64,000 nucleotides of DNA from an uncultured Alphaproteobacteria bacterium (GTDB taxonomy: Bacteria; Pseudomonadota; Alphaproteobacteria; UBA8366; GCA-2717185): NCBI GenBank assembly GCA_943788635.1, contig CALSRA010000039.1, positions 3,265 to 67,264 on the forward strand. Reading direction: 5' to 3'. Position numbers and translations under genes: made by a program. This document shows positions 41,556-52,549 of the stretch, piece after piece. Positions within the stretch are counted from its first letter, which is position 1; every line of letters begins with the position of its first letter. A model generated the notes under the pieces. It was not told the origin of the DNA. It saw nothing but the letters and a program-made list of their open reading frames with translations, and ran no database searches.

Positions 41556-42254
41556 ATGAAATTTCGTCCGCAGTTCTGGCCTACCCTGCTTTCGGTGCCG
41601 ATGCTGATTATCCTTCTGGCGCTCGGTACGTGGCAGGCAAACCGGTATACGTGGAAAGCCGACCTTATCGAAAAGTTGAATACCCGTTCCGAAGCGGAAG
41701 CGATTGACCTTTCCGCGGTTCTTGCGGCGCCAGACGATATGGAATTCCGCCGTGTCCGCGTGACCGGCACCTACCTGCATGATCGCGAAATCCATCTTAT
41801 TGCCCGGTCTATGCGTGGAAATCCGGGAATCCATGTGATGACGCCATTGCGCCGCGCCGATGGAAAGGGCACCGAACTGATCAATCGTGGTTGGGTGCCG
41901 CCGGAACGGAGCAAGCCCACGGCCCGTGCCGGTGGGCAAATCGAAGGCGAGGTAACGGTTGAAGGAATTGTCCGGCTGGCGAAGGGGCAGGGCCGTTTTA
42001 TTCCCGACAACGACGCGGCAAAAAACGTCTGGTTTTTCATCGACCCTGTAGCGATGGCCGCAGCGGCGCGTGTGGACAGTTTGCCCAGCCACTATATCGT
42101 TTCGGCGGTTGAGGATGTTGAAGGCGATTTTCCGGTCGGCAAACAATGGCGTATCGACCTGCCCAACAACCATTTTGAATATGCCCTGACCTGGTACCTT
42201 CTGGCGGTATCGCTTGTGGCTGTTTATATCGTCTACCATCGAAAACGTGACTGA
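41556..42254 (+). CDS. surf1: SURF1 family oxidase biogenesis protein
   Basis: 'LGTWQ..R..WK', 'INRGWVP', 'NNHFEYALTWY'. Confidence 0.93.
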   Translation: MKFRPQFWPTLLSVPMLIILLALGTWQANRYTWKADLIEKLNTRSEAEAIDLSAVLAAPDDMEFRRVRVTGTYLHDREIHLIARSMRGNPGIHVMTPLRRADGKGTELINRGWVPPERSKPTARAGGQIEGEVTVEGIVRLAKGQGRFIPDNDAAKNVWFFIDPVAMAAAARVDSLPSHYIVSAVEDVEGDFPVGKQWRIDLPNNHFEYALTWYLLAVSLVAVYIVYHRKRD

Positions 42255-43761
42255 CAACGCCGCCGCCCCGCCGGCCTATCGCGACCTTGAGGCCCGGTTT
42301 CGTCGTGTTGCGCTGGTTGGCAACGCGATGAATGTGCTGCATTGGGATCAATCGGTAATGATGCCGCCCGGCGGTGCCGCGCCGCGCGCGGATCAGCTGG
42401 CGGCGCTTGCGGTTGTTCGTCATGGTGCGCTGACGGACCCGGCGATGGACGACCTGCTTGCCCGCGCCGAATCACAAAGCGCCGAACTGGACGATTGGCA
42501 GTCAGCCAACCTGCGTGAAATGCGGCGTCGCCACGCCCATGCGGCAGCCGTTCCGGCGGATCTTGTCGAAGCCCTGTCGATGGCGGCCAGTGCGTGCGAA
42601 ACGATCTGGCGTACGGCGCGCCACTATAGCGATTTTGCCGCCGTCCTGCCGTCCCTGACAGAGGTTCTGGCGCTCACCCGCCACAAAGGCGCAGCATTAG
42701 CGCAAGCGTTTGGTACAAGCCTGTATGACGCCTTGCTGGACGCCTACGAACCTGATGGCCGTAGCGCTAGCATTGATCCGGTCTTCAGTTCCTATGCCGC
42801 GTTCCTGCCCGGGTTTCTGGATGATGTGCTGGCACGCCAAAGCAACGCGCCGGAACCCGAATTACCACAGGGCCCGTTCCCGGCGGCACAGCAGCGGGTG
42901 CTTGTGCGGCGAATGGCAGAGGCAATCGGCCTGGACTTCGAATCGGCCCGACTGGATGAAAGTCTCCATCCGTTTTCGGCCGGCGTGCCCGAAGACAGCC
43001 GAATCACCACCCGCTATGACGAGGCGGACTTTTCCCAGGCTCTGATGGGCGTGCTGCATGAAACCGGCCATGCGATGTATGAACGCGGATTGCCCGCGGA
43101 CTGGCGTTATCAGCCGGTAGGGCTTGCGCGTGGCATGACCATGCATGAAAGCCAGTCACTGCTCGTTGAAATGCAGGTCTGTCGCTCGGCAGGGTTCCTG
43201 GAATGGGCTGCGCCGGTCATTCGCGATGCATTTGACGGCACGGGGCCGTTATGGGGCGCTGACAACCTGTTTGGGATGGCGACGCGGGTGACGCCTAGCC
43301 TGATCCGCGTGGATGCCGATGAAGTGACCTATCCCGCGCATGTGATCCTGCGCTATCGGCTTGAAAGGGCAATGTTGTCCGGTGATCTGGCGTTGCACGA
43401 CCTACCGGGGGCGTGGAACGAAGGCTTGCAGGAATTGCTGGGTGTTGTGCCCCCGAATGACCGGTTGGGTTGCCTGCAGGATATACACTGGTACGACGGT
43501 GCCTGGGGCTATTTCCCGACCTACACCCTTGGGGCAATGGCCGCGGCACAGATATTCGCCGCGGCGAAGCAGGCAGACGGGACGATCGAGCCGGCACTGG
43601 GGCGCGGCGATTTCGCCCCTTTGATGCGCTGGTTGCGGTCGAATATTCACGGTCAGGGGTCGCGATTATCAACCAATGATTTGCTGGCACAGGCGACCGG
43701 CCAGCCGCTGGGCGATACCGCGTTCCGTGCTCATTTACGCCAACGCTACCTTCCCGGATGA
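42247..43761 (+). CDS. Carboxypeptidase M32 (Taq-like)
   Basis: 'HPF', 'RITTRY', HEXXH 'HETGH', 'HESQ', 'IRVDADE', 'QDIHW', 'GYFPTY'. Confidence 0.94.
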   Translation: MTDNAAAPPAYRDLEARFRRVALVGNAMNVLHWDQSVMMPPGGAAPRADQLAALAVVRHGALTDPAMDDLLARAESQSAELDDWQSANLREMRRRHAHAAAVPADLVEALSMAASACETIWRTARHYSDFAAVLPSLTEVLALTRHKGAALAQAFGTSLYDALLDAYEPDGRSASIDPVFSSYAAFLPGFLDDVLARQSNAPEPELPQGPFPAAQQRVLVRRMAEAIGLDFESARLDESLHPFSAGVPEDSRITTRYDEADFSQALMGVLHETGHAMYERGLPADWRYQPVGLARGMTMHESQSLLVEMQVCRSAGFLEWAAPVIRDAFDGTGPLWGADNLFGMATRVTPSLIRVDADEVTYPAHVILRYRLERAMLSGDLALHDLPGAWNEGLQELLGVVPPNDRLGCLQDIHWYDGAWGYFPTYTLGAMAAAQIFAAAKQADGTIEPALGRGDFAPLMRWLRSNIHGQGSRLSTNDLLAQATGQPLGDTAFRAHLRQRYLPG

Positions 43762-43834
43762 TCTGTATCGGGTCTTGCCTGTGTAACAAGGTGTGGATAG
43801 GTTAGCCGCCCTGTGACAGGCCGAAAGGAATGAA

Positions 43835-45241
43835 GTGCGGTATATCAGCACTCGCGGGCAGGCGCCCGAACTGGAGTTTGACGAAGTGCTGCTGACCGGG
43901 TTGGCCCGGGATGGTGGATTGTACCTGCCCGTTACCTGGCCGCAGTTTAGTGCTGACGACATCCGTGGCCTGCGCGGCTTGTCCTACCCGGAACTGGCAG
44001 CACGTATTATTGGCCCGTTTACCGGCGGGACGATCGATCCGTCAGACCTGGATGAAATTCTGCAAGAAAGTTATCGGGATTTCGGACACAAGGCCGTTGC
44101 GCCGCTGCATCAGCTCGCCCCCAGCCTTTGGGTGATGGAGTTGTTCCACGGACCGACGTTGGCGTTCAAGGATTTTGCCATGCAGTTCCTTGGTCGGGCC
44201 TTTGACCATGTGCTGCAAAAACGTGGCGAGCGCGTGACCATCGTCGGTGCGACCTCCGGCGATACCGGGCCGGCGGCAATCGAGGCCTGCAAGGACCGGG
44301 ATGCGATCGATATTTTCTTCCTGTACCCACATGAACGCGTGTCGGAGGTCCAGCGCCGGCAAATGACGACGGTGACGTCGAAGAATGTGAATGCGCTGGC
44401 CGTTGAAGGCACATTCGATGACTGCCAGGACCTCGTGAAGGCGATGTTCAATGATACCGCCTTCCGCGATGAAATCCGGCTTTCTGCCGCCAATTCGATC
44501 AACTGGGCGCGGATCGTGGCGCAGATCGTCTATTATTTCCACGCTGCGGTATCGCTGGGCGCGCCGGACCGTCCCGTGTCCTTCGCGGTGCCGACGGGCA
44601 ATTTCGGCAACGTGTATGCCGGCTATGCCGCGCGGGCCATGGGATTGCCGATCGGCCAGTTTATCATCGGTTCGAACGTCAACGATATCCTGCCGCGCTT
44701 TTTCGATACGGGCGCATTGACAATGGCCGGTGTGACGCCGACGATTTCCCCCAGTATGGACATCCAGGTATCCAGTAATTTCGAACGCTTCCTGTTTGAA
44801 CTCTACGGCCGCGACGGCGCCGCGACTGCCGCGGCGGTGACGGAGTTCCGTGAAAAGGGGACGTTGTCGGTTGGCGACAACCTTTGGCAGCGCGCGCAGG
44901 ACACGTTCGATGGCTATTGTCTCGACGATGCCGAAACCAGGTCCGTCATCAGCGACAACTGGCGCAGCAGCAGTTATCTGCTTGATCCGCACAGCGCCAT
45001 CGGCGTCGCCGCCGCCCAGGCAAAACATAAAGATGAAGAAACACCCGTCGTCGTGCTGGCCACGGCGCATCCGGCAAAATTCCCCGATGCGGTCAAGGAA
45101 GCGTCGGGTGTTTATCCTGCGCTGCCACCGTCGCTTGCCGACCTGCATTCCCGGCCGGAACGGATTGAGGTCCTGCCAAATGATCTGGCGACCGTTCAGC
45201 AATATATACGCAATCACGTCAGCCTGGTGGGTGCCGCATGA
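43835..45241 (+). CDS. thrC: Threonine synthase
   Basis: 'YISTRG', PLP Lys 'HGPTLAFKD', 'ATSGDTG', 'VPTGNFGN', 'ATAHPAKF'. Confidence 0.96.
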   Translation: MRYISTRGQAPELEFDEVLLTGLARDGGLYLPVTWPQFSADDIRGLRGLSYPELAARIIGPFTGGTIDPSDLDEILQESYRDFGHKAVAPLHQLAPSLWVMELFHGPTLAFKDFAMQFLGRAFDHVLQKRGERVTIVGATSGDTGPAAIEACKDRDAIDIFFLYPHERVSEVQRRQMTTVTSKNVNALAVEGTFDDCQDLVKAMFNDTAFRDEIRLSAANSINWARIVAQIVYYFHAAVSLGAPDRPVSFAVPTGNFGNVYAGYAARAMGLPIGQFIIGSNVNDILPRFFDTGALTMAGVTPTISPSMDIQVSSNFERFLFELYGRDGAATAAAVTEFREKGTLSVGDNLWQRAQDTFDGYCLDDAETRSVISDNWRSSSYLLDPHSAIGVAAAQAKHKDEETPVVVLATAHPAKFPDAVKEASGVYPALPPSLADLHSRPERIEVLPNDLATVQQYIRNHVSLVGAA

Positions 45242-46518
45242 GCCGGATTCAGATGACAACCCTGCCGAATGGTCTTCGGGTCGTTACCGACACGGTCGAC
45301 ACGGTCGAGACTGTTTCCGCCGGTGTCTGGGTCGGGGCGGGAACGCGTCACGAGCCGGCGAACATCAACGGTGTTGCCCATTTGCTGGAGCATATGGCGT
45401 TCAAGGGCACGGCGCGGCGCAGTCCGGCGGATATCGCCCGGGAAATTGAAGATGTCGGTGGCCAGATCAACGCCTATACCAGCCGCGAGCATACGGCCTA
45501 TTATGCAAAAGTGCTGAAGAACGATACGCCACTTGTCTTCGATATTCTCGCGGATATCCTGCAGAATTCGGTGTTTGATCCGGAGGAACTGGCGCGAGAG
45601 CGTACCGTCGTGCTGCAGGAAATCGGCCAGTCGCATGACACGCCCGATGACGTAATCTTTGATCATTTCCAGAGCGCGGCCTATCCCGATCAGCCGCTTG
45701 GCCGTCCGGTATTGGGGCCGCCGGAAATCGTGGAAGCCATGACGCGGGACGAGATCATGGGCCATATGCAGCGCAATTACGGCGCTGAGGCGATGGTTCT
45801 CACGGCCGCCGGTAATATCGACCACGAAACAGCCGTTGCGCTGGCGCGGGAACATTTCGGCGGGCTAAAGCGCGCTTCGACCCGTGAAACGGCGGCCGGC
45901 GTGTATCGCGGTGGTGAGTATCGTGAAAACCGCGCGCTGGAGCAGGTTCATCTCGTCGTCGGATTTCCTGCCATCGGCTATCACGATGACGACTTCTATG
46001 CAGCCACGGTGCTGTGTTCGCTGTTCGGCGGCGGTATGTCGTCCCGCCTGTTTCAGGAAATCCGTGAAAATATGGGGCTGGTCTATTCCATATACGCCTT
46101 CAATGCCTTCTATGCCGATTGCGGCATGCTTTCGGTTTATGCCGGTACGGGGCCAGAGATGGTTGCCGAACTGATGCCCGCGATCGCGGCGGAAGTGCGC
46201 CGGTTGCCGGATACGCTTGAACAGGGCGAGCTTGTCCGTGCGCGTAACCAGTTGAAAGCATCGACGCTGATGGCGCTCGAATCCACCTCGACCCGTTGCG
46301 AGCAGATGGCGCAACATTTGCTGATCTTTGACCGGATTGTCCCGCTGGAAGAGCAGATCGCGAAGATTGAGGCGGTTGACCTTGACGCCGTCAGGCGCGT
46401 GGCCAGAAAGATATTTGCCGGGCAACCGACGCTGGCTGCCGTTGGCCCGCTTGAAGGGCTGGAGGATTTTGAAAGCATTGTTGAAAGCTTTCGTCCGGCG
46501 GCGTTGCAATATGCCTGA
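45238..46518 (+). CDS. M16 family zinc protease (pitrilysin/MPP-like)
   Basis: HXXEH 'HLLEHMAFKGT', 'NAYTSRE', 'GGGMSSRLFQEIRE'. Confidence 0.94.
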   Translation: MSRIQMTTLPNGLRVVTDTVDTVETVSAGVWVGAGTRHEPANINGVAHLLEHMAFKGTARRSPADIAREIEDVGGQINAYTSREHTAYYAKVLKNDTPLVFDILADILQNSVFDPEELARERTVVLQEIGQSHDTPDDVIFDHFQSAAYPDQPLGRPVLGPPEIVEAMTRDEIMGHMQRNYGAEAMVLTAAGNIDHETAVALAREHFGGLKRASTRETAAGVYRGGEYRENRALEQVHLVVGFPAIGYHDDDFYAATVLCSLFGGGMSSRLFQEIRENMGLVYSIYAFNAFYADCGMLSVYAGTGPEMVAELMPAIAAEVRRLPDTLEQGELVRARNQLKASTLMALESTSTRCEQMAQHLLIFDRIVPLEEQIAKIEAVDLDAVRRVARKIFAGQPTLAAVGPLEGLEDFESIVESFRPAALQYA

Positions 46519-46560
46519 GTTTATCCTCTAGGATCCCAGCGGAGATGTGACGGAAAACGG

Positions 46561-47160
46561 ATGTTTGGATTACTGTCGCAAAACGAACCGTCTGTTCGTC
46601 TGGTTGGCCCAAAGATCGTCATTCGGCCTTTGCAGCGCCAGGACGAAAAACAATGGGCTGAAATTCGCGAGGTCAGCCGTTCGTTTCTGGAACACTGGGA
46701 ACCGAAATGGCCGGGGGATGCGACCTCGACGGCGGCTTTCCGGCGCCGTATGAAACGGTTTGCAGCCGAATGGCGTGACGGGATTACCTATTCTTTCCTG
46801 ATTTTCGACCGCGCCGACGGAACTCTGTATGGCGGAATCACCCTGTCGAATGTCCGCCGGGGTGTGGCGCAGGCCGGTAGCGTCGGTTACTGGATCGGCG
46901 AACCGCACGCGCGCCGGGGGTTTATGTCCGAAGCGCTGCAGCTTTTGCTTAATTTCAGCTTCGAAACGCTGGGTCTGCATCGGGTAGAGGCGGCATGTCT
47001 GCCATCAAACGGGCCAAGCCGGGGATTGCTGGAAAAAAGCGGGTTCATCCAGGAAGGGCTGGCGCGCCGATACCTGCGAATCAACGGTATCTGGCAGGAT
47101 CACGTTTGCTACGCGGTCCTGCGTACAGATCCCCGGCCCGTGGTGCCGATGTACGACTGA
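46561..47160 (+). CDS. rimJ: RimJ/RimL family acetyltransferase
   Basis: 'FLEHWEP', 'NVRRGVAQAGSVGYW', 'LHRVEAAC.PSN', 'YLRINGIWQDH'. Confidence 0.85.
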   Translation: MFGLLSQNEPSVRLVGPKIVIRPLQRQDEKQWAEIREVSRSFLEHWEPKWPGDATSTAAFRRRMKRFAAEWRDGITYSFLIFDRADGTLYGGITLSNVRRGVAQAGSVGYWIGEPHARRGFMSEALQLLLNFSFETLGLHRVEAACLPSNGPSRGLLEKSGFIQEGLARRYLRINGIWQDHVCYAVLRTDPRPVVPMYD

Positions 47161-47166
47161 TCCGGT

Positions 47167-47742
47167 TCAGGCGTGGCCGTGCTGGTCAGACAGCAGCGAC
47201 GGGTCGATTCCCAGCTTGCCGATGGCCCGTTCCCACCGCAATTCAATGCCTTCATCGAACAGCAGATGGTCATCGGCGGGAACATTCAGCCAGGCATTCT
47301 GTTGAATTTCATTTTCGAGCTGTCCTGGGCCCCACCCGGCATAACCGAGCGCCAGCAGTGACTGCCGCGGACCGCGGTTGCTGGCAATATCGCGCAATAT
47401 CTCCACGGTCGCGGTTAACCCGACCCTATTATCGACTGAAATCGTGCCGTTCTGCTCGTATTCGGGCGTATGCAGAACGAACCCCCGGCCAGTTTCCACG
47501 GGGCCGCCATACTGGACACCGATGTTAATATCGGATGTTCCGCGCGCGATACCCAGTTGGTCGAGAAGTTCCGGAAAACTTAATTTTTTCAGTGGTCTGT
47601 TCACGATCAGACCCATAGCGCCGTCGGCATTATGCGCGCACAGGAATATGACGGTATGTTCGAACCGGGGATCCTGCATCGCGGGCATGGCGACCAGCAA
47701 CTGGCCTTTCAGATAACCATCAGCACTGTTGTCTTCATTCAT
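47167..47742 (-). CDS. YqgE/AlgH (UPF0301) family protein
   Basis: 'LLVAMP.MQDPRF', 'GGPVETGRGFVLH', 'GYAGWGPGQLE.EI..NAW', ends 'GHA'. Confidence 0.93.
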   Translation of the reverse strand: MNEDNSADGYLKGQLLVAMPAMQDPRFEHTVIFLCAHNADGAMGLIVNRPLKKLSFPELLDQLGIARGTSDINIGVQYGGPVETGRGFVLHTPEYEQNGTISVDNRVGLTATVEILRDIASNRGPRQSLLALGYAGWGPGQLENEIQQNAWLNVPADDHLLFDEGIELRWERAIGKLGIDPSLLSDQHGHA

Positions 47743-47950
47743 GATGCGTCCTTGTCTTATCGACGCCCTGTTCCGCCATTCGCCCGTTTACAGCGGAACC
47801 GGGACAGGCAATATCATCTGACTGACTATAACATTTTTGCAGCGCAGCAAAAGTTCAAGTCTCTTTGACAGAAAAGTGACACGTCATTCGGCTGCCATGC
47901 GACTATATAGACCACAGCATTATTGCGAATCGGTAAAGGAAAGCGGACAC

Positions 47951-50083
47951 TTGCGCGATATCCTGAAAATACTGGCGGCAATGGGCGCGCTTTTCTGCCT
48001 CGCGCTGCCCGGCACCGGTGTCGCGGCGTCCAGTGCCTGGGACCGTAATGATCACGTCGACACGCGAATCGTGTCGATGACACAAGCTGTCGGTGGCCAT
48101 GAAACGGTGCAGCTGGGCCTGCATTTTCGCATGAAGCCCGGCTGGAAACTGTATTGGCGCTCACCGGGCGATGCCGGGTTTCCGCCGCAACCCGTTTGGG
48201 AGGGGTCCGACAATCTGCGCGCGGCGACGCTCGCCTGGCCTGCGCCGCAGCGCTTCTCCATCTTCGGGCTGGAGACTCTGGGATATTCGGATGAGGTGCT
48301 GTTGCCGATCACGGCCAAGCTGGATCGGCCGGGTGAACCGCTTCGGCTGAAAAGCAATATCCGATACCTGACCTGCAAGGACATCTGCATCCCGTATGAG
48401 GTTGCCCTGACGTTCGATTTGCCGGCGGGTGATGCGGCCCCGGCTGCTGAAACCGCGCTGATAGACCGGTTCGCGGCCATGGTTCCCGGGCCGGATACCG
48501 GTCAGGGGCTTTCGCTTGAAAACATCGTGTTGGTCAACCGGGGCACGGAACCGGTGCTGCAGGTTGCATTGCGCAGCGATACGGTTCTGGACGCGCCCGA
48601 TATTTTTGTCGAAGCACCGCAGGATACCTTGTTTGGCAAGCCTGTGGCGGTTTTTGGAAGCGACCGGAAAAGCGCGGTGCTGGAGCTGAAAGGTGCCGGG
48701 GCGTCCGCGCCGAAGCTGGACGGCGATGCGTTTGTCGTGACGGTGGTGGATGGTGACCGTTCGTTGGAACGAACCTTCGCCGTGCGGCTGGGCGATCCGT
48801 TGGCCGTTGCGGTCACGGGTAATGTCGTGCCCGGAGAAGCGACGGAACCGCTGGCGCTTTGGTATGTGCTGTTGCTGGCCGTTTTGGGTGGTCTGATTTT
48901 AAACCTGATGCCATGTGTGCTGCCGGTCCTGTCGATCAAACTGTTATCGGCTGTAAGCCATGGCGGTGGCAGTACTGCTGCGGTGCGCGCCGGTTTCCTG
49001 GCGACGGCGGGTGGTATCATCGCGTCGATGATGGTCATTGCGGTGGCCCTTGCGGGGCTGAAAGTGGCGGGGTTTGCCGCAGGCTGGGGGATCCAGTTCC
49101 AGCAGCCGGTTTTTCTGGCTTTCATGATCGTTGTAGTGACGCTGTTTGCCTGTAACCTGTTCGGATTATTCGGAATAAATTTGCCGCAACGGCTCTCGGG
49201 CTTTGCCCTGGCAGCCGGTGGTGCGCCGTCGCTTGGCGGCCATTTCCTGACCGGGGCGTTTGCGACGCTGCTGGCGACGCCCTGTTCCGCACCGTTTGTC
49301 GGTACTGCGGTCGGCTTTGCCCTCAGCCGTGAAACGGGGGAAATCCTGGCGGTGTTTGCGGCCCTGGGAATCGGGCTGGCGTCGCCTTACCTGGCGGTTG
49401 TCGCCTTTCCCCGTGTTGCGACGGCGCTGCCGCGCCCGGGACCGTGGATGGTCACATTGCGCCGTCTGCTGGGCTGGGCCCTCGTGGTCACGGCGCTCTG
49501 GCTGTTAAGCGTTGTATCGGCACAGATCGGTGTGGAAGGCGCTGTCCTGATGGGTGCGATGATGGCGCTGATTGGCGTCGTCTTCGCACTGCGGCGTATG
49601 CCCCAGTCCAGAATCGGACGGCATTCCGGCCTTATGGTGCTGATGCTTGCGGTGGCGTCGCTGGTTCTGCCCATCGGGCGTTCGCCGGATTCGGTCCCGG
49701 CGGAAACACTGCAGGGTCGCTGGCAAACCTTTGACCTGGTTGCGCTGAACCGGATTGTCGCCGATGGCGGGGTCGTGTTTGTCGATGTGACAGCGGATTG
49801 GTGCATCACCTGCCAGGTCAACAAGAGGCTGGTATTGGACCATGGCGCGGTGGCGGACTGGCTGGCGCGTGATGATATAACGCCAATGCGGGCGGACTGG
49901 ACGCGTCCTGACCCGGCTATTGCGGCGTATCTCGCCGGGTTTGGGCGTTATGGTATCCCGTTCAATGCGGTTTACGGGCCAGAGGCGCCGAACGGGATTG
50001 CCTTGCCGGAACTTCTGACCAGCGATGTTGTCCTAGATACGGTTGGGCGGGCCGGCGGCACAAAAAGCACCGTATCCCGATAA
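47951..50083 (+). CDS. DsbD/ScsB-type thiol:disulfide interchange protein
   Basis: Alpha domain 'YWRSPGDAG...TCKDICIP'; membrane Cys in 'LMPCVLP' and 'TPCSAP'; Trx motif 'WCITC'; start uncertain. Confidence 0.9.
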   Translation: MRDILKILAAMGALFCLALPGTGVAASSAWDRNDHVDTRIVSMTQAVGGHETVQLGLHFRMKPGWKLYWRSPGDAGFPPQPVWEGSDNLRAATLAWPAPQRFSIFGLETLGYSDEVLLPITAKLDRPGEPLRLKSNIRYLTCKDICIPYEVALTFDLPAGDAAPAAETALIDRFAAMVPGPDTGQGLSLENIVLVNRGTEPVLQVALRSDTVLDAPDIFVEAPQDTLFGKPVAVFGSDRKSAVLELKGAGASAPKLDGDAFVVTVVDGDRSLERTFAVRLGDPLAVAVTGNVVPGEATEPLALWYVLLLAVLGGLILNLMPCVLPVLSIKLLSAVSHGGGSTAAVRAGFLATAGGIIASMMVIAVALAGLKVAGFAAGWGIQFQQPVFLAFMIVVVTLFACNLFGLFGINLPQRLSGFALAAGGAPSLGGHFLTGAFATLLATPCSAPFVGTAVGFALSRETGEILAVFAALGIGLASPYLAVVAFPRVATALPRPGPWMVTLRRLLGWALVVTALWLLSVVSAQIGVEGAVLMGAMMALIGVVFALRRMPQSRIGRHSGLMVLMLAVASLVLPIGRSPDSVPAETLQGRWQTFDLVALNRIVADGGVVFVDVTADWCITCQVNKRLVLDHGAVADWLARDDITPMRADWTRPDPAIAAYLAGFGRYGIPFNAVYGPEAPNGIALPELLTSDVVLDTVGRAGGTKSTVSR

Positions 50084-50191
50084 ATTTCAGGCCTTTTTTC
50101 AAATCGCGCTGGACTTGGCGGGTTGCGGAAATAAGTATCTGCGCAGACATATGTCGGATAATGAATTCAACATGGGAAGGTAGAGAAGAAA

Positions 50192-50674
50192 ATGACGATC
50201 AAGGTAGGGGATAAGGTTCCGTCGGCGACGCTTTACGAAATGGGTGCCGAGGGACCCAGCGCTGTTTCAACGGATGATTTTTTCAAAGGCCGCAAGGTTG
50301 TGCTGTTTGCTGTTCCGGGGGCTTTCACGCCGACCTGTTCGGCGAAGCATGTGCCGGGTTTCCTGAACAATGCCGCTGAAATCAAGGCGAAAGGCGTTGA
50401 TGCCATCGCCTGTGTTTCCGTGAATGACGCCTTTGTCATGGGCGCCTGGGGCAAGGATCAGGGCGTCGGTGACAATATTGCGATGCTGGCCGATGGCAGT
50501 GGCGACTTTACCAAGGCGGCGGGGCTGGAACTCGATCTCAGCGAACGTGGTCTCGGTGTCCGCTCCAAGCGTTACGCGATGGTCGTCGAAGACGGTGTGG
50601 TCAAGACACTGAATGAAGAAGAAGGCGGCGCGCTGAGCATTTCCAGCGCCGAGAACGTTCTCGAAGCGCTGTAA
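50192..50674 (+). CDS. Peroxiredoxin (Prx5-like)
   Basis: '[13 protein letters not shown]', '[10 protein letters not shown]', 'RSKRYAM'; no signal peptide. Confidence 0.95.
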   Translation: MTIKVGDKVPSATLYEMGAEGPSAVSTDDFFKGRKVVLFAVPGAFTPTCSAKHVPGFLNNAAEIKAKGVDAIACVSVNDAFVMGAWGKDQGVGDNIAMLADGSGDFTKAAGLELDLSERGLGVRSKRYAMVVEDGVVKTLNEEEGGALSISSAENVLEAL

Positions 50675-50682
50675 GGTTTCTT

Positions 50683-50712
50683 TTCGGCGGAGGGCTATTG
50701 CCTTCCGCCGAA
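50683..50712. terminator. Stem-loop between convergent prx and rnhA
   Basis: TTCGGCGGAGGGC-TATT-GCCTTCCGCCGAA, a 13-bp stem with one G-U; no canonical U tail. Confidence 0.4.
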
Positions 50713-51156
50713 GGCCCTTGCGCCGTCGCGGGCCAATTCGTCCGCGCGCTCGTTTTCCGGATGGCCTGAATGCCCTTTGACCCAGCGCCATTCGACATCG
50801 TGATCCGCGATCGCGGTTTCCAGGCGCTGCCACAGATCCACATTCTTGACCGGTTTTTTCGATGCGGTCTTCCAGCCTCGCTTTTTCCAGGCATGGATCC
50901 ATTTTGTGATCCCGTCGCGCAGGTAGGTGCTGTCGGTGTGGACAATCGCCTTGATCGGCCGTTTCATGGCTTCCAGTGCCATAATCGCCGCCAGCATTTC
51001 CATTCGGTTGTTCGTGGTTTCCGCTTCGCCGCCATTCAATTCCCGCTCGGTATCGCGATAACGCATGATCGCGCCCCAACCGCCCGGGCCCGGGTTTCCG
51101 CTACAGGCGCCATCGGTGAAAATTTCCACCACGTCGTTTGATTCTTCCGCCATCAC
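50695..51156 (-). CDS. rnhA: Ribonuclease HI
   Basis: '[14 protein letters not shown]', 'TTNNRME', 'TDSTY', '[15 protein letters not shown]'. Confidence 0.97.
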   Translation of the reverse strand: MMAEESNDVVEIFTDGACSGNPGPGGWGAIMRYRDTERELNGGEAETTNNRMEMLAAIMALEAMKRPIKAIVHTDSTYLRDGITKWIHAWKKRGWKTASKKPVKNVDLWQRLETAIADHDVEWRWVKGHSGHPENERADELARDGARAFGGRQ

Positions 51157-52112
51157 AAGCCGTATGCCCCCGGGTCGCGCACCTGTTGGTGAAACTGCAG
51201 GATGCCAAGATATTCCAGCGGATCCTTCGGCTGGACCATGGCGCCTTCCGGATGGTTGAGCCAGTCATACAGCCGGGTCAGCAGGAAGCGGATGGCGCTG
51301 CCCCGGGCCAGAATGGGTAGGGCCTGCAATTCGTCATCCGAAAGCGGCCGTTTCTTGCGATAGTTGGACAACAGCAATTGCGCCTTGGTGACATTGAAAC
51401 TGCCATCGCGCTCGAAACACCAGGCGTTCAGGCAGATCGCCACGTCATAGACGAATAAATCATTACAGGCGAAATAGAAGTCGATGACGCCGGATAACCG
51501 GTCGCCCAGAAAAAAGACGTTATCCGGAAACAGGTCCGCGTGGCACACGCCGGACGGCAGGCCGGATGGCCAGTGTGCTTCCAGGAAGCCGATTTCCGTT
51601 TCCAGCAATGTATCGAGCCCGGGTTTTACTTCATGTGCGCGGGCGGCGCAGGATTCGAACAGCGCCCGCCAGGATTCAACCGACAGGCTGTTTGCCCGTG
51701 TCAGTGGGAATGCTTCACCCGCCAGATGCATTCCCGCAAGTGCTTCGCCCAGCCCGGCGCAGTGATGCGGCAGGATGCGACGCGGCCACATGCCTTCCAG
51801 GAAGGTTATGATCGCAGCCGGCTTGCCACACAATTCGCGCAATGCCTTGCCGTCGCGCGCGTGCAGGGGAGTCGGGCAGGCGATTCCCTGTTCCGCCAGA
51901 TGCTCCATGAAACCGAGGAAGTAGGGCAGATCCTCGCGCCGGACGCGTTTTTCATAGAGCGTCAGGATGTGGCTGCCCCTGGTTGTCTGCAGCAGATAGT
52001 TCGAATTTTCGACACCTTCCGCGATACCTTTGAAGGATACGACCTCGCCAATATCGTACGCGGCGACAAATGCGACGAGTTCCTCGTCACCGACATCGGT
52101 GTACACAGCCAT
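51153..52112 (-). CDS. thrB: Homoserine kinase type II
   Basis: 'MAVYT', '[11 protein letters not shown]', 'HADLFPDNV', 'IDFYFAC', '[10 protein letters not shown]'. Confidence 0.95.
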   Translation of the reverse strand: MAVYTDVGDEELVAFVAAYDIGEVVSFKGIAEGVENSNYLLQTTRGSHILTLYEKRVRREDLPYFLGFMEHLAEQGIACPTPLHARDGKALRELCGKPAAIITFLEGMWPRRILPHHCAGLGEALAGMHLAGEAFPLTRANSLSVESWRALFESCAARAHEVKPGLDTLLETEIGFLEAHWPSGLPSGVCHADLFPDNVFFLGDRLSGVIDFYFACNDLFVYDVAICLNAWCFERDGSFNVTKAQLLLSNYRKKRPLSDDELQALPILARGSAIRFLLTRLYDWLNHPEGAMVQPKDPLEYLGILQFHQQVRDPGAYGL

Positions 52113-52280
52113 CGCTAGTGACGCATTCGTAGTTTGGTATCGTCGTACATTCGCTTGACGCCCTGCTGCGAGGTGCCCATAAAAACCCTCAATCTTTTGT
52201 TCTGCTGGCAAGGGACCCGGACCGGTCCGGGCAGCCACCGGCGCGAACCTAATATATCCAGCACGGGGATGAAACAAGCC

Positions 52281-52520
52281 ATGACGGACCCGGTAATAGC
52301 ACAAAAAGCGCCATACGAGGTCGAAGTGACCAAGGGAGAAAGCTACTGGTGGTGTGCCTGTGGCAAAAGCAAGTCGCAGCCCTTTTGCGACGGCAGCCAC
52401 AAAGGCACCGGAATGTCGCCGATGGAGTATGTCGCACCGCGCAGTAAGTCGGTTTTTTTCTGCGGCTGTAAATACACGGCGAATCACCCGCTTTGCGACG
52501 GCGCACACGGCGACCTCTGA
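52281..52520 (+). CDS. Two-motif CDGSH iron-sulfur protein (MiNT-like)
   Basis: 'WCACGKSKSQPFCDGSH' and 'FCGCKYTANHPLCDGAH'. Confidence 0.93.
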   Translation: MTDPVIAQKAPYEVEVTKGESYWWCACGKSKSQPFCDGSHKGTGMSPMEYVAPRSKSVFFCGCKYTANHPLCDGAHGDL

Positions 52521-52549
52521 TCCGACAGGCTGGCGGGAGACGACGCATC

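Noticed and set aside
47951-50674. ScsB feeding a periplasmic peroxiredoxin
   Set aside because: The adjacent Prx has no signal peptide, so direct coupling is unsupported.
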